Part shown: positions 42,101-53,599 of the stretch, piece after piece
How the letters are laid out: each line of letters begins with the position of its first letter
Numbering within the stretch: the first letter of the stretch is position 1
NCBI GenBank assembly: GCA_030390025.1
Contig: CM059429.1
Location: 138,384,001 to 138,448,000 of the forward strand
Length of the DNA: 64,000 nucleotides
From: Squalus acanthias
Lineage: Eukaryota
Direction of reading: 5' to 3'
Position numbers and translations under genes: made by a program
The notes under the pieces: model-generated
Told to the model about the DNA's origin: nothing
The model's input: only the letters and a program-made list of their open reading frames with translations
Database searches by the model: none

Positions 42101-45100
42101 CCTCAAGTATTCATGTGAACCATTTTAAATTTAAATACCATTTACTTTTATTATGTATGATAGATCAATCTCTAAATTGAGATTTAAATGGTGGGTAAAC
42201 ACTGTTGAAGTTTGAATAACTTTGCAAAAGATTGCAAGGGAATAATTACACAGCAACTTGTATTTATATACTGCCTTAATGTAGAATAACATTCCAAGGT
42301 GTAAGCAAAAATAGACTCCGAGCCAAAGGAGAGATTAGGAGAAGTGACCAAAATCTTGGTCAAAAAGGTGGGGTTTAAGGAGGGTCTTGAAAGAGGTGGC
42401 GAGGCAGAGATGACACCCAGGCGACTGAAGGAACAGTTGTCAGTGGTAGGGTGAAGGGAAGTGGGGGGGGGAGGGGGGGGAGTGTACAAGAGATTGGAGT
42501 CAGAGGAATGTGGAATTGTAAGGCTGAAGAAGGTTACACTGATAAAGAGGGGTGAGGCCATGGAGGGTTTTAAATGCAAGGATGGGATAAGAATTTTAAA
42601 TTTGAGGTGTTGGGTGACCAGGAGCCAATGTAGATCAGTGAGGATGGTGGTAGGCTCGTGGGATTTCATGTGGGACAGGATACAGGCATCAGAGTTTAAG
42701 GTGAGCTGAAGGGTGGTGGGTGGGAGGCTGGCCAGGAGATCATTGGGATAATTGAGTCTGGAGGTGTCAAAGGCATGTAAGAGGGATTAGGCGAAAGAGG
42801 AGCTGGGGTTGGGATGGAGATGGCTGCTGTTAGAGGTGGGAGTAAGTGGTCGTCTTGGTGGAGAGAAGGTGGCACTAGAAACTCAGCTCGGGGTCGAACA
42901 CATTGCTGAGGTTGCAGTCTGGTTCAGCCTGTGATGGTGGTCAGGGAGGGGGAGAGAGTCCGTGGCAAGGGTATGGAGTTAGTGGTGGGTGCCAGTTTTT
43001 AGCTGGAGGAATGTTTGGCTCATCCAAGAGTGAATGCTGGACAGGCGCGGAGGCAGTGGAGCGGTCGAGAGGTGGTGGGAGAAGTAGAGCTGGGTTTTAT
43101 CAGCGAATGTGTGAAAGATGACCCATGTCTGCAGATGATGACACCAAGGAGCAGCATGTACACGAGAAAGAAGAGGGGGCCAACGATACACCTGGAGGTA
43201 ATGGTGCAGGGGTGGGAACAGAAACCATTGCTAGAATTTAACACAGATATTAAATAAGGAACAATTTATTCTGTGCTTGTTGTAAGCTCAAACATAAATC
43301 TTTATAGGATACATAGTTTATAAATTATTTCAGTCCATAAAATAAGGAATGAATGACTTGTTGAAGTTGCCAACTATGGACCACAAATTTATTGGTCGAA
43401 TAATATGTTTTACATCAATACTCTCTTTACATTCTGTTCCTTTTGTTACCAGATCTCTGCACTATTAGAGGAACTAAAAGCAATAAGAAGTAACCCGGAA
43501 CCACAGAAAAGGTACATTTCCAAGAAGGTTTTATTTTTCAGGAAATCAATTATTAGATGATGGGAAGATGTTTTCTCCAGGTACAATGAAATCTGTGCAT
43601 CTTTGTATTTTTCTATAAAGCACTATGGATGTGGAAACAGTACTGAACATAGAGGACCTGAAATAGCGCACTGTAATTTGCGTTATTAAGTAGAGACTAA
43701 TGCCCATCAGTGCTCTGCAGAGCTGAATTGCTATAAAATGCAGGGTCAGCTCATTTGAATATCTACTGGTGGTTCTTGTGTAAAATCCCCAACTATGCTG
43801 GGGATTTTGGGAAATTAGAGTGCAACTTTTAAAAAGCCATGTCTAGTTAAAGATTGTAACAGCAAGCCAAGGGGAGTCGCAGGTAAGTAAGAAAGTGCTT
43901 GGCTCCGTGAGTTCATTGTAAGGTAGCTACATTGGATGGGGTAGGGGAATAGAAGGGGCACCCCTGACATCGAGAAGCTCGTCCTCTACAAGAAGCATGC
44001 CATGGAGCTGCTGGGGTTGCACTCTGCTCTAGCTCTGTGAGATGGTGAGGTCAGTAGAACAGTGTTGGCACCAGATTAGTGGGTGTACACCTACACGGTG
44101 TGAATTTTCCCCACTTTTCGGTAATGTCTCCACTAGAGGCAAAGACGGCCAAAAAGGAACAAAAGAAGGGCACACAATGTCATTGAGATGGACCTTCAAA
44201 CCCTCCTCTTCAGGTAAGAATAGAGAAACTGCTGAGTCTCTCTCAATGGCAGGAATTTTTTTTGTCTTGTCATGTAGAGAGAGGCCAACTCTCTTTCCCC
44301 CAGAGCTGCAGATCAATGCTGCAATAAATTCAATGGCCTGATGAGGGCAGGCAAGGCAACACACTGGCTGCTCTCACTTTTCTTCCTTTGGTAGCAGCAC
44401 ACTCTTTAAGCGCAGCCTTCTACACTTTTCTGTCTCTTTAAACCCAAGAGATTTATGCTTATCCATTCTTAGCTTGTACTCCTGTTTCCTATAGATCCAA
44501 TGCAGCAATAGGGACTGATGATGAAGAACAGAATAGAAGGGAAATCATCCTTGTGGACTGTGAGGATGATTATCCTGAGGGGGATAATAATGATGGAGAG
44601 GATGTGATAATCAAGCTCTGTAAAAAAGCGCATCAGTCACCTGACATATGCATAGCCAATATTACACACATTCCCCCGTGCCGGCCTGACATGACCGGGT
44701 GCCATAAATGTTGAGTGCGATTGTGACATTCATAGCCACAAACAGCTGTCAGGGCAGATGACCATGCCTGCAGGTCCTTTATGCAGCTTTCCTATTGCCT
44801 CTTTGGTGACATGCATCAATACACATACCCTCTCTAAGGCCTTCGCAGGACCTGTGTTGCATGTATATTCTTTGGGTGGGGGGGGGTGGGGTTTAATATC
44901 TTGTGGGGTTCTTCCTCCTTAATTGCTGCCTCGCTCTCCTTTCCTCCATATCCTCTCGCTCCTCCTCCGGTGGAGGGAGAGGAAGGCAAAATATCATGGT
45001 GGTCTTGCAGTTAGTCAGGAGCAAGTCCAAGGCTCAAAGTGGGGGAAAAAATCACTAAAACATAATTCCCAGCTGCAGTAATTGCTACTCAAACTTTCAG

Positions 45101-48100
45101 CTGTACTCGGGCTCAAAAGTTCCTCACTTTCACCAATACCAGCTGATCCTAGCAGCAGGTGCGCCTTTTAAAATTTGTTTTGGGGATTTGGGTGGCACTA
45201 GAAAGGCCACATTATTGCTCATCCCTATTTTTCCTGAGAAGGTGGTGGTGGGACTTCTCCTGGAACTGCTGCAATCCTTGTGGCAGTGGTGCCAGGATAT
45301 TGATATTGAGTGAAGATTTAGGAGCAATGATACAAGTCCAAGTCAGGATGGTGTATCAATTGGAAGGGAACTTGGAGATGATGGTGTTTCCATCATCTCC
45401 AAGTTCCTGTCCTTCTCAATGACAGGAGGTGCTGTTGAAGTAACCTTGATGAATGTTGCAATGCATCCTGTGGGTTATACATACTGCAGCCATATTGTGC
45501 TGGTAGTGAACGGGGTGGATTTTGAGTCCAGCAATAAGGGGCAGCAATCAAGCGAACTGCTTTAACCTGGATAGTGTTGAGTATCTTGCTGTTGTTGCCA
45601 CACCCATACAGCAAGTTTATCATATTCCTGACTTGAGCTTTGTAAATGGTGAATAGACTTTGAGTTATGGGGATGCACTACTCATCACAGCAAATTGACT
45701 TGTGTTTGCCTACATTACAGGAGTGACTATAATCAAAGGTAATTAATTGGCTGTAAAGTGCTTTAGGACATCCTGAGGTCATGAAAGGTGCTATATAAAA
45801 TACTCTTTTCTCATTCAAATTCACTCACCAATGTTTTCCATGTTTGCCAATTTGATTGTGGTGGAATCAGTATCTGAATTAGACCTCAATGTATGTAACT
45901 ATTCCGCATTATCTTGTGCCCTGTCTTACTTTCCCACTTTCAGTAGTTTCTTAATGCACAAACAAATCGAATGTTGAGGCTGTATTTACCATTTTGTTGC
46001 ATGCAACTATTGTTGGTCAATTCTCTCTCAGTGTCATAATTTCTCAGTGGACCAGCATGCTGCGCGTGGTAGCAGGCCACTTGGATCAAATCGGCCTGAC
46101 CTATGTTACTCTGGACGGCTCTGTGACTCCTAAACGTCGTATGGATTTGGTGGAGGAATTTAACACTGACCCTAAAGGACCTCAGGTACCCGCTGGCTGC
46201 TCTTTTGGGTTTTCTTGTGGGAAAGGAACCACAGATCCAGAATACGAAGGGAGCTTTGTTTTATTGCCAATTATCTTCCCTGAAGGTGCTAATGGGTGAT
46301 CAGGTACAGTTGTTGGCATCCCTCTAGTACCTTAGAGTTGTGAACTTTGAGTGAGGTTAGGCTGGGCTTAACTTTGGTACGTACACCTTCCCCTTACCCC
46401 TTGGAAAATAGCCTTCTAACACTTGCAGTCTAACCTTGCATATGAAGAATGGATGTTTGGATGAGGTACCAGAACACTGCTGGTACCCATAGGACCAAAC
46501 CCCAGCATGAGTCACCATCTTTGAGAGGTGGAAAGAAAATTGGACAAAAAAAAATTCTATAGTGGTTTGCATGCAGTTGTTTATATATCAGGAATTTCAA
46601 CAATGGGGCCCATTACTAAAAATGTAATATAAGTTCAGTCTGATGACATGTTGGGAAATCTACTGATATAGTCAAATCTACTTGGTTAAATCACTGTTTG
46701 TATGCACAGTTTATTTAAATACGGGGGTCCTGTATTTAAACCTGTGTGGTATCAGTAATGTGTAGTTTCTAAGACTTGATTATCTTGGGCATGCTTCCTT
46801 TCTAAATGCTTTCTCTCTTCTCACAGGTCATGTTGGTCTCTCTGTGTGCTGGGGGTGTGGGTTTGAATCTCATTGGAGGCAACCACCTCTTCCTGTTAGA
46901 TATGCACTGGTAAGATTAAGGATCAGCAGTAATGCAGATAGTTACAGACTATATTAAAATGTGATATTGGAAGGAAAGACACCTATTCCTTGCTGGAATT
47001 TGCGTGTGGATAGTTTTACACTGTTGCTTATAAACAACTACCTGATTTCAAACATTTTAATTCTCAATGTATTAATTCCTATTAATACCACATCACTTCA
47101 AATTTGTAGCTGGCAATAATGGCATGATTTACAGAAGTTATTGCATGTAAGTGACCAAGTATTTGCATGTCTCACTTCAATCTCATTAGCATCATCAATT
47201 AATGCATTTCTTTAACATCTGCTTTTTAAAGATGGGACTTGAGGAGCTGAATGTTTCCCTCCTTCATAGTAACCATTCGGTTCTTGAATTATTGAGAAAA
47301 TTCTCCCTTTTTTATTTCATTCGTGCAATTAATTTTCCCCTCTCTAGATTCTTCTCTTTACTCCTAGTCCACTTGTGCCTGTTTCAAATACTTGGGTATG
47401 AAGGCAGATAAGTAACCTAGTTCCAGGCCTCAACCAATGCTGCTCCAATCACAAAAGAACCCTTTGTTGACTCTCTTGGGTTTATTTTAAATGTTTTTCC
47501 CTCACTGTTGGTAGTGAAGCCATCTCTGATTAGTGCCTGCTCCCCCTCCCTCTCCTGCTTCCCATTCCCAAAGCTCAGCTGAGATTGGGGAGTTCTCGGC
47601 CAGGGACCTGTGTCCTACCATTTCAGACCAGGCTAGCTCTAATTAACCAAATTCAGATCATCTTATTTGCATAACCGAGTCACCAATTTATATAACTTTT
47701 AATGTCTTGATAATGTGGATTATTTATGAAACCAACACTAATGGAACGGTGTATGCTGCTAATGTGTTTTATGCATCTTTTTGTCCAAACACCTTTGCAT
47801 TTTATGTGTCTTGTGGTAGCACCTGCATGATGTTTGCAGGAGTTGTTCACAAATTTGCTAGTTTTTTGAAAAAGATGTCTCGATAAATCTAAAACTGATA
47901 TGATATTAAAATTAATGGAGTCAACAAAATATATTGATTATTGAATTCCTTCATTAAATTTCCTTCTGTAACCGGTCAAACTCATGAATGCACCCAATTC
48001 TGTTTTCAGGAACCCAGCACTGGAGGAGCAGGCTTCTGATCGAATTTACCGGGTAGGACAGCGCAAGAATGTCACTGTGCACAGGTAACTAGAGATCCTA

Positions 48101-50722
48101 AATTCCCTTTCTGAAGGAGTGGAAATAAATAGGAAGGATAAATGAAAATCATTCATTTTAATTTTGCATAACATTGATGCATTTGAAAATGAAATTCAAT
48201 ATTAATTATGTTCAAGCATACAGCTGCAATGCATTTGAATGAACCACCTGTTGGTTCATGAATCTGTCCTATTGTATATGGCAAGCTGCTTCACAAATCA
48301 AGAAGAGACACACCTGGCTGCCACTTCCATGACTACTCCACACTTCTAAACTTTCTCCTTGAAGCAATTTCTCCTCAGTTTACCTGAGCTGCTACTGCTT
48401 CTACATTTACTGCTTAGAATTTAAACTTTAAAACCTGCATATATGCTTGTTGTGCAAAGTTATTTGCAAATATACTTTTTATATTCACTTTAAATTTAGA
48501 GTAGTGGGAGGAGAGTAACAGCCCGATAAATCAGGTGTGGGATGAAGAGTAACTGAGAGAGAGAATGGCAGCAGTAAGGACAGCAGGAACCTTGAGAATT
48601 CAGTTTGATACTCCAGTTACAATAAAAGCAGAGTTGTTTTAATGGGAGACTTTAATTTTCATATAGATTGGGAAGAGCAGAGTAGCTCAAGTCAGAAAGG
48701 TAGTGATTTTCTTTTGAGTACATCCAAGATTGTTTTCTGGTGCAATATATTCTAGAACCGACAAAAGGACTGGCCATACTAGATTTAGTAATGAGCCAGG
48801 CTTAGTTAATAATCTAATGGTAAGGGAACATTTATCTAACCGTGATCATAATATGATCGATGTTAGGTTTGAAAAGGAGAAACGTAATGCAGTTAAGATC
48901 CAGATTTTGGTAAGACTAACTTTAACGGGATAAGACAGAGACTGACGACAGCAAACTGGTCAAAACTGTTAGCGGGTAAAACTACAGATGAACAGTGGGA
49001 GGTGTTCAAAAAAGAATTTATCTTAATACAGGACCAATATATAAGGGGCAAGAGCTCTACTTACCAAATAAACCAGCCATGGTCGACAAAAGAGGTGAGA
49101 GAGAACATAAGACTAAAGGAAAGCGCATACAGAAGTGCAAAGAATAGAGTAGATCCAGGAGACTGGGAGAGATGCAAAGAACAGGAAAGGAAAACATAAA
49201 AAGAGAGTAAGAGTAACAAAAATCAATACAGAAAGAAACTTGCAAGGGATATCAAGATTAGCACAAAGATTTTGCAATTATATTAGAAGAAAAAGGGTAG
49301 TCAAGAGTAATGTGGGCCCTTCAAAATCAGATGCGGATAATATTGCAAATGAAAATGAGGAAATGGCAGACTTGTTAAGTAATTACTTTGTGTCATTATT
49401 CACAGTAGAGGAAGAGGATAATATACCTGACATTCCAGGGAAATTAATAATGAATCAAGGATTGGAACTCATTAAAGTAAACAAGAAAACAGCATTAGAA
49501 AAAATAATGGCGCTAAAGGGGTATGGGGAGAGAGCGGGAATACAGTATTGAGATAGAGGATCAGCCATGATCATATTGAATGGCGGAGCAGGCTTGAAGG
49601 GCTGAATGGCCTACTCCTGCTCCTATTTTTCTATGTTTCTAAAGACTGACAAATCCCCAGCACCTGATGGTTTCCACCCCAGGGTTTTAAAGGAAGTAGG
49701 TGAGGAAATTGCAGATGCTTTAACCATAATCTCCCAAAGCACTCTCGATTCAGGAATTGTCCCTTTAGATTGGAAAATTTCAAATGTAACTATTATTTAA
49801 GAAAGGTGTGTGAGAGAGAAACCAGGAAATTATAGACCTGCTAACATCAGTTGTGGGGAAGTTATTGGAATCTATAATTAAAGACCAAGTGACTGAGCAC
49901 TTGGAGAAATCTAAGCTGATTAGAGAGAGCCAACATGAATTTGTAAAGGGTAGGTCGTGTCTAACGAACCTCCTCAGATAATGAAGCAGTCCATGCACGC
50001 ATGCAGCAAGACCTGGACAACATTCAGGCTTGGGCTGAGAAGTGGCAAGTAACACTTGCGTCACACAAGTGCCAGGCAATGACTATCTCCAACAATCGAG
50101 AGTCTAACCACCGCCCCATGACATTCAACGGCATTACCCTCGCTGAATCCCCCACCATCAACATCCTGGAGGGTCACAATTGACCAGAAACTTAACTGGA
50201 CCAGCCGCATAAATAATGTGGCCACAAGAGCAGGTCAGGGTCCCAGGCCTTGTTGAAAAGGACAGAGTGTTTCAGGTTAGGTTCATAATCTGCAGTCCCT
50301 GAAAATACAGCATTCTATCTGGGTCAGAGTGTCCTTGAATCACTATCAATTTACACCAGTTTCAGATGGATCTGACTTTATTGCAGCTGAAGTTAGAACT
50401 TGTTGCTTTCTCCATCTTAACAAATCGTGAATAATACATTGCTGTCAAAATGCCTAATGCAGTGAAATTTTGTGGCAAATTAAATTTCACTATAAAATGT
50501 TATGCTGCAATCAGAAATAGTAATATTTTTTTAAACAAATGCATTGCTTTACTGAGGAAAATTGCTTTTCCCTCCAGGTTTGTTTGTGAGGGAACTGTTG
50601 AGGACAAAATCTTTGAACTTCAGGAGAAGAAAAAGGAACTAGCAAAGAAGGTGCTATCAGGAACGGGAGGATCCTTTACCAAGCTTACACTGGCTGATCT
50701 TCGAATTCTATTTGGTGTGTGA
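6123..50722 (+). CDS. TTF2: Transcription termination factor 2 (SNF2/SWI2 ATPase, N-terminal GRF-type zinc finger), whole gene span, 23 coding exons, 1214 aa
   Basis: The exons below join in phase with GT-AG introns to 3645 nt. Motifs: [68 protein letters not shown]-terminal [13 protein letters not shown], as in vertebrate TTF2. Confidence 0.97.
6449..6843. mobile_element. Family B palindromic Penelope-like insertion in TTF2 intron 1; hammerhead motif at 6705-6740
   Basis: Inverted arms (ACAGAAAACGCTGGAAAAACTCAGCAGGCCAGGCAGCATCC); 12-bp TSD GCTTTAGACTCG at 6437-6448 and 6844-6855; AGTT-CTGACGA-AAGGTC(TTC)GACT-GAAA-CG-T-T-AACT. Confidence 0.72.
7495..7715. mobile_element. Older family B palindromic element; hammerhead-like motif at 7556-7590 (- strand)
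   Basis: Inverted arms homologous to the 6449 element; reverse complement reads GTT-CTGATGA-AAGGTC-ATC-AACCT-GAAACATTAAC. Confidence 0.6.
8205..9172 (+). mobile_element. CR1 LINE 3' fragment
   Basis: [33 protein letters not shown]; typical CR1 3' UTR ending CCTATGTTC. Confidence 0.8.
8278..8568 (+). mobile_element. tRNA-derived SINE (HE1/V-SINE type) nested in a CR1 LINE
   Basis: A box (GTGGCATAGTGG), B box (GGATTCGAATC), V-domain-like GGGTTTCCTCCGGGTGCTCCGGTTTCCTCCCAC, GATTCTGT tail repeats; splits the CR1 WQMD|FNA codons. Confidence 0.75.
9379..9593. mobile_element. Palindromic Penelope-like pseudo-LTR insertion (family A) with hammerhead motif
   Basis: Long inverted arms (AAAAGTGAGAAGTCGCACAACACCAGG.. 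and its complement), 13-bp TSD CATTGTTAAAGAA at 9366-9378 and 9594-9606. Confidence 0.75.
9471..9507 (+). ncRNA. Minimal type I hammerhead ribozyme motif
   Basis: TCAC-CTGACGA-A-GGAGC(AGC)GCTCC-GAAA-GC-T-T-GTGA: helix I TCAC/GTGA, CUGANGA and GAAA cores, 5-bp helix II, palindromic mini helix III. Confidence 0.75.
10634..10745 (+). CDS. TTF2: TTF2 exon 2
   Basis: CAG acceptor; [22 protein letters not shown]; GTACGT donor. Confidence 0.93.
12592..12678 (+). CDS. TTF2: TTF2 exon 3
   Basis: [18 protein letters not shown]; AG/GT boundaries in phase. Confidence 0.92.
13370..13436 (+). CDS. TTF2: TTF2 exon 4
   Basis: [22 protein letters not shown]. Confidence 0.92.
14792..15874 (+). CDS. TTF2: TTF2 exon 5 (large low-complexity linker exon, 1083 nt)
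   Basis: Open frame with RNPFRV..WK and ending LTAQLNQKK; CAG acceptor, GTAATC donor. Confidence 0.93.
16331..18414 (-). mobile_element. Harbinger/PIF-like DNA transposon remnant with degenerate Myb/SANT-like ORF
   Basis: TIRs TGGCCGGAATTTT/AAAATTCCGGCCA; frameshifted [45 protein letters not shown] (~17940-18156); contains nested CR1 3' ends at ~17560-17860. Confidence 0.65.
19457..19583 (+). CDS. TTF2: TTF2 exon 6
   Basis: [22 protein letters not shown]. Confidence 0.93.
20438..20602 (+). CDS. TTF2: TTF2 exon 7
   Basis: Phase 1-1 exon [14 protein letters not shown] between TAG and GTAAAA; weakly conserved linker. Confidence 0.8.
23399..23556 (+). CDS. TTF2: TTF2 exon 8
   Basis: [26 protein letters not shown]. 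Confidence 0.93.
24683..24764 (+). CDS. TTF2: TTF2 exon 9
   Basis: [27 protein letters not shown]. Confidence 0.95.
24945..26075 (-). mobile_element. LINE (CR1/L2 clade) RT fragment
   Basis: [26 protein letters not shown]; [12 protein letters not shown]. Confidence 0.85.
26191..26304 (+). CDS. TTF2: TTF2 exon 10 (Walker A)
   Basis: [17 protein letters not shown]. Confidence 0.95.
27133..28265 (-). mobile_element. CR1 LINE RT fragment with internal deletion
   Basis: [31 protein letters not shown], joined directly to the 3' UTR. Confidence 0.9.
29077..29529 (+). mobile_element. Full-length tRNA-derived SINE (SacSINE1/Deu-SINE type) with L2-like tail
   Basis: GTGGCTCAGTGGG A box, GGTTCAAGTCC B box, ends GCTATATAAATGCAAGTCTTTCTTT; degenerate copies or tails at ~7050, 10290, 11000, 13620, 21150, 26480, 28670 and 45700. 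Confidence 0.75.
29693..29843 (+). CDS. TTF2: TTF2 exon 11
   Basis: [18 protein letters not shown]. Confidence 0.95.
30599..30704 (+). CDS. TTF2: TTF2 exon 12
   Basis: [19 protein letters not shown]. Confidence 0.95.
31150..31349 (+). CDS. TTF2: TTF2 exon 13 (DEAH box)
   Basis: [34 protein letters not shown]. Confidence 0.96.
31653..31806 (+). CDS. TTF2: TTF2 exon 14
   Basis: [25 protein letters not shown]. Confidence 0.95.
33118..33806. mobile_element. Non-autonomous TIR element
   Basis: Termini CCCAGATTTTG/CAAAATCTGGCCC; CpG-richer than its flanks. Confidence 0.45.
34173..34264 (+). CDS. TTF2: TTF2 exon 15
   Basis: [24 protein letters not shown]. Confidence 0.94.
36128..36216 (+). CDS. 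TTF2: TTF2 exon 16
   Basis: [18 protein letters not shown]. Confidence 0.93.
36339..37805 (+). mobile_element. Related Harbinger-like element (internally deleted)
   Basis: Termini GGCCGCAAATTTAA/TTAAAATTGAGCCC; same Myb/SANT-like segment ([13 protein letters not shown]) at ~36580-36680. Confidence 0.6.
37900..38825 (-). mobile_element. CR1 LINE 3' fragment
   Basis: [26 protein letters not shown]. Confidence 0.85.
39748..40540. mobile_element. Non-autonomous TIR element (MITE-like, GC-rich)
   Basis: Termini GGGGCTGAATTTTAA/TTAAAATTCCCCCC resembling the Harbinger-like TIRs. Confidence 0.5.
40723..40865 (+). CDS. TTF2: TTF2 exon 17
   Basis: [30 protein letters not shown]. Confidence 0.95.
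41477..41647 (+). CDS. TTF2: TTF2 exon 18
   Basis: [25 protein letters not shown]. Confidence 0.95.
42250..43230 (-). mobile_element. Degenerate L2 LINE
   Basis: [11 protein letters not shown]; [18 protein letters not shown]. Confidence 0.7.
43453..43511 (+). CDS. TTF2: TTF2 exon 19
   Basis: [19 protein letters not shown]. Confidence 0.92.
46032..46185 (+). CDS. TTF2: TTF2 exon 20
   Basis: [31 protein letters not shown]. Confidence 0.95.
46827..46909 (+). CDS. TTF2: TTF2 exon 21
   Basis: [27 protein letters not shown]. Confidence 0.96.
48010..48084 (+). CDS. TTF2: TTF2 exon 22
   Basis: [24 protein letters not shown]. Confidence 0.96.
48630..50240 (+). mobile_element. Degenerate CR1 ORF2 with nested CR1 tail and fused second LINE fragment
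   Basis: [23 protein letters not shown]; nested tail at 49519-49638 flanked by CTAAAG; switches at ~49970 to the family seen at 25000-26000. Confidence 0.75.
50578..50722 (+). CDS. TTF2: TTF2 exon 23 (last coding exon, TGA stop)
   Basis: [32 protein letters not shown]; candidate ATTAAA poly(A) signal at 51265-51270. Confidence 0.96.
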
Positions 50723-51428
50723 GTCTCAAAGGAAAAACAGTCCTGAAATCTAATTGTCGAACATTCCAACAAATCTCAGTCGAGAGGCTCCGTGTGTCCT
50801 TAAACTATAGAAAGGGGGCCAGTTTGAACTTCCGGATGTCCTAAACATTTGTCAAACATCATATGGATGTTGTTGTTGTTGGTGTGTAATTATGATGGCT
50901 TACAAAAACTTTATAAGTTCATAGGTCATTTATATATTTGGTGTGTGAGTTTCTGTTTCAAGAATGAAATACACAGCTGCTTCAGCCCAGGCTGAAGCCA
51001 GATATTGTCTACATGATTGGGGAAAATACGACCGAAGTAAGGAACTGAAATAATTTGTTTGGATCTTAAAGTCTGGCAAAAAGGGAGTTTTTTTTTTAAA
51101 ACAAGAGGCTTCTTCATTTTTAACAGAGGTAGGAAAACAACTCCCAATGCAAATGAAGATTTACTTTATCAAAGTAAATATGATTTAGGTTAGGTCAGAT
51201 CGTTGCTTCCTTAACTTGCCACTTGTCATTCTTTATAAACTGAATGTAAGAAAGAAAATTCTTCATTAAAGTAAATAATTTTGACTCCTTTCTGCAGAAT
51301 ACTTTGGAAAAGATTTTGTGATCTGGTTTCTTTCAATAACTAATCCATTTAACATATGCAGCATCTTTTAAGATGCAGAACGATTCTTTAACCGAGCATG
51401 GCATTGAGAAAGAATGTGTGAATCATAC

Positions 51429-52256
51429 TGTAGCTTTTAAAAGCTCTTTATAATTTGTCCGTGACTACACAAACCACTCTGGGTACAGGTATATTGTGTA
51501 TCAGTAAAACAGGTTTATTAAGCATTAAACATCCAGTACAAAGAAGTAATACTTAACAAGAAGATAGTTACAGTCTGTTCATTCGAACCCCGGCGTTCCT
51601 TCTGAGTGACTGTGGCGCAGTCTCCTGATGTGTCTTGCTGTGTTCTGTTGGCTGAAGCTCGCTTCCTTGGGTTCTTGCTGTGTTCTGTTGACTGAAGCTC
51701 CTATCAATATCTGGTTACGCGGTGCGCTGCTTTCAATGTTCAAAACTTGTATCTTTATACCCCTTTTCCTCTCATTTTGCCTATGTGGCAGTAATTAACC
51801 CTCTGACACCTGGTAAATGTCTCGCTTCCCTCGTTAGCCCTCTTATGACCTTGTTGATCCCACTAGGTTTTTCTCTACGCATAACAAAGTGCCCTTATCT
51901 TTAGATGTTCACTTTTCACAGACCATTTCTCAAGATGTTGTCTAAACAGTCTGTCCATCCGATAGCTGTACCAAGGAGGGATGTCTCCAATTCCTATCTC
52001 TCTCTCTGGTTCTTATCTCTTTAAGCATAATATTACTGAATTCCTCGTCTCCACCAGTCTCCATAACCTTAGTCCTACATTCCATTACTTCAGTAATTGA
52101 AAACACAGCAGTTTCAGTCAGGTTGGCATAATTTCCCATCCTGCTTTTCTCTCAGCCATTCGCCATTTTATACAGGCTTTTAGGCTTTTAACATACAATT
52201 TCACATATTATAGTTCTTAATGTTTACTAAAACCTACAGGTACACCCTATCCTACA
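51429..52256 (-). mobile_element. Solo LTR (828 bp)
   Basis: TGTAG...CTACA termini, 4-bp TSD ATAC on both sides; orientation inferred from an AATAAA on the - strand at ~51514. Confidence 0.7.
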
Positions 52257-53599
52257 ATACAATGGGTTAATGCAATGTCCCTGAGGTGTGAGTTTGAATC
52301 CAGCTCAGATTGCAATGGAAATCCCCTTTGCTGATGTAAGGACTCTTTGTGAAATGAGCTTAGGCAGACTTGACACAATGGCTCGTGATTGTGGGTGCAT
52401 TGCCCAAAACTGCCAACCATTCAGCACAAATTGACACAAAATTTTCAGTCTTGTTGTATAGCTGGGGAAGCTAGGTTCAAGGCACATTGTTGGAGCAAAG
52501 CAGAGGGAAGTTTATTTTACATCTGGGAATGTTTCAGGGTGACATGGGTAGCTAAAATAAGGAAAAGTGTTCTAATCCACAGAACTAGCCCTCGTTCATC
52601 ATATAAGCATACAAGCAATTGCCAAAATGTAACTTTAATTAAAAATAATTGTGATTTGATCCAACCTCCATTCTGTGGACCTTCATGTGAGTAATGGGAG
52701 CTTGATTTATAGTCTATTTAAAAATGAAATGTGTCATTGTGCTTCATTGCCTTTGGCTACAGGGAATGAAACGGACAGGTAGATATTTTTTTTAAATCTC
52801 TAGTTTATAACTGTGATAAAACCTTAAAATTCATTATTCAAGTATAATCCAGAGAAATTCCAACTGTTGAAAGTCTTTCATTTGTTTAAACTAGTGCTTT
52901 TCAAACTGTTCTGTTTGGCAAATCTTGCAAACACTCCACAGGACCATCAGTCCTGACTTACAAAAAAGGTATCAGCTACCTAAAGGAAACAGATGCTGTC
53001 ACGGTAGAAAAGATTTTTATTCGTATACAGCAAAATAAACAGAAGTCAACAACTAGAGAGAGCCAATGAGCTTGTGGGATCCCAGTTTAAAAACATGGTT
53101 TCAGCATCAGGTAATAGGTTGAATTAGTTGGAAGTGCAGATTTTTTTTTTGCTGAAAGATTTGCTCTAATAGCTGGTATTATATAATCTGTTGAGATGTT
53201 CTCCATTATATTGATTCCATATTACGTGCATTTCCTGCAGGTTGACAGTTATCAGTGTTTACAGACAAAAATTATTTAATCTGTTTGCAGTGTATACAGA
53301 TTCTAAATAAACCTATTGGAATAGCTCTATTATTTAATGGATTGCAAAGGGAAGCCTAAAGCGTATTCAATTTTTATGAAGTAAGGAAATAATCATTATA
53401 AACAATTAGCATCAAAACAGGAACTAGTAACAAAAAGTCCATTCGTGTCATTATTTATTCAGATCTCCCAAAACTCTACCTTCCAGAAGGACAGGAGCTG
53501 CAATGGCACGAGAGCTTTTGAGAAATGAAATGGGACATATTAGAATCATGCAAATGTTTATTACACAAAACCATGCTAAATAATTTTATTACTTACCAT

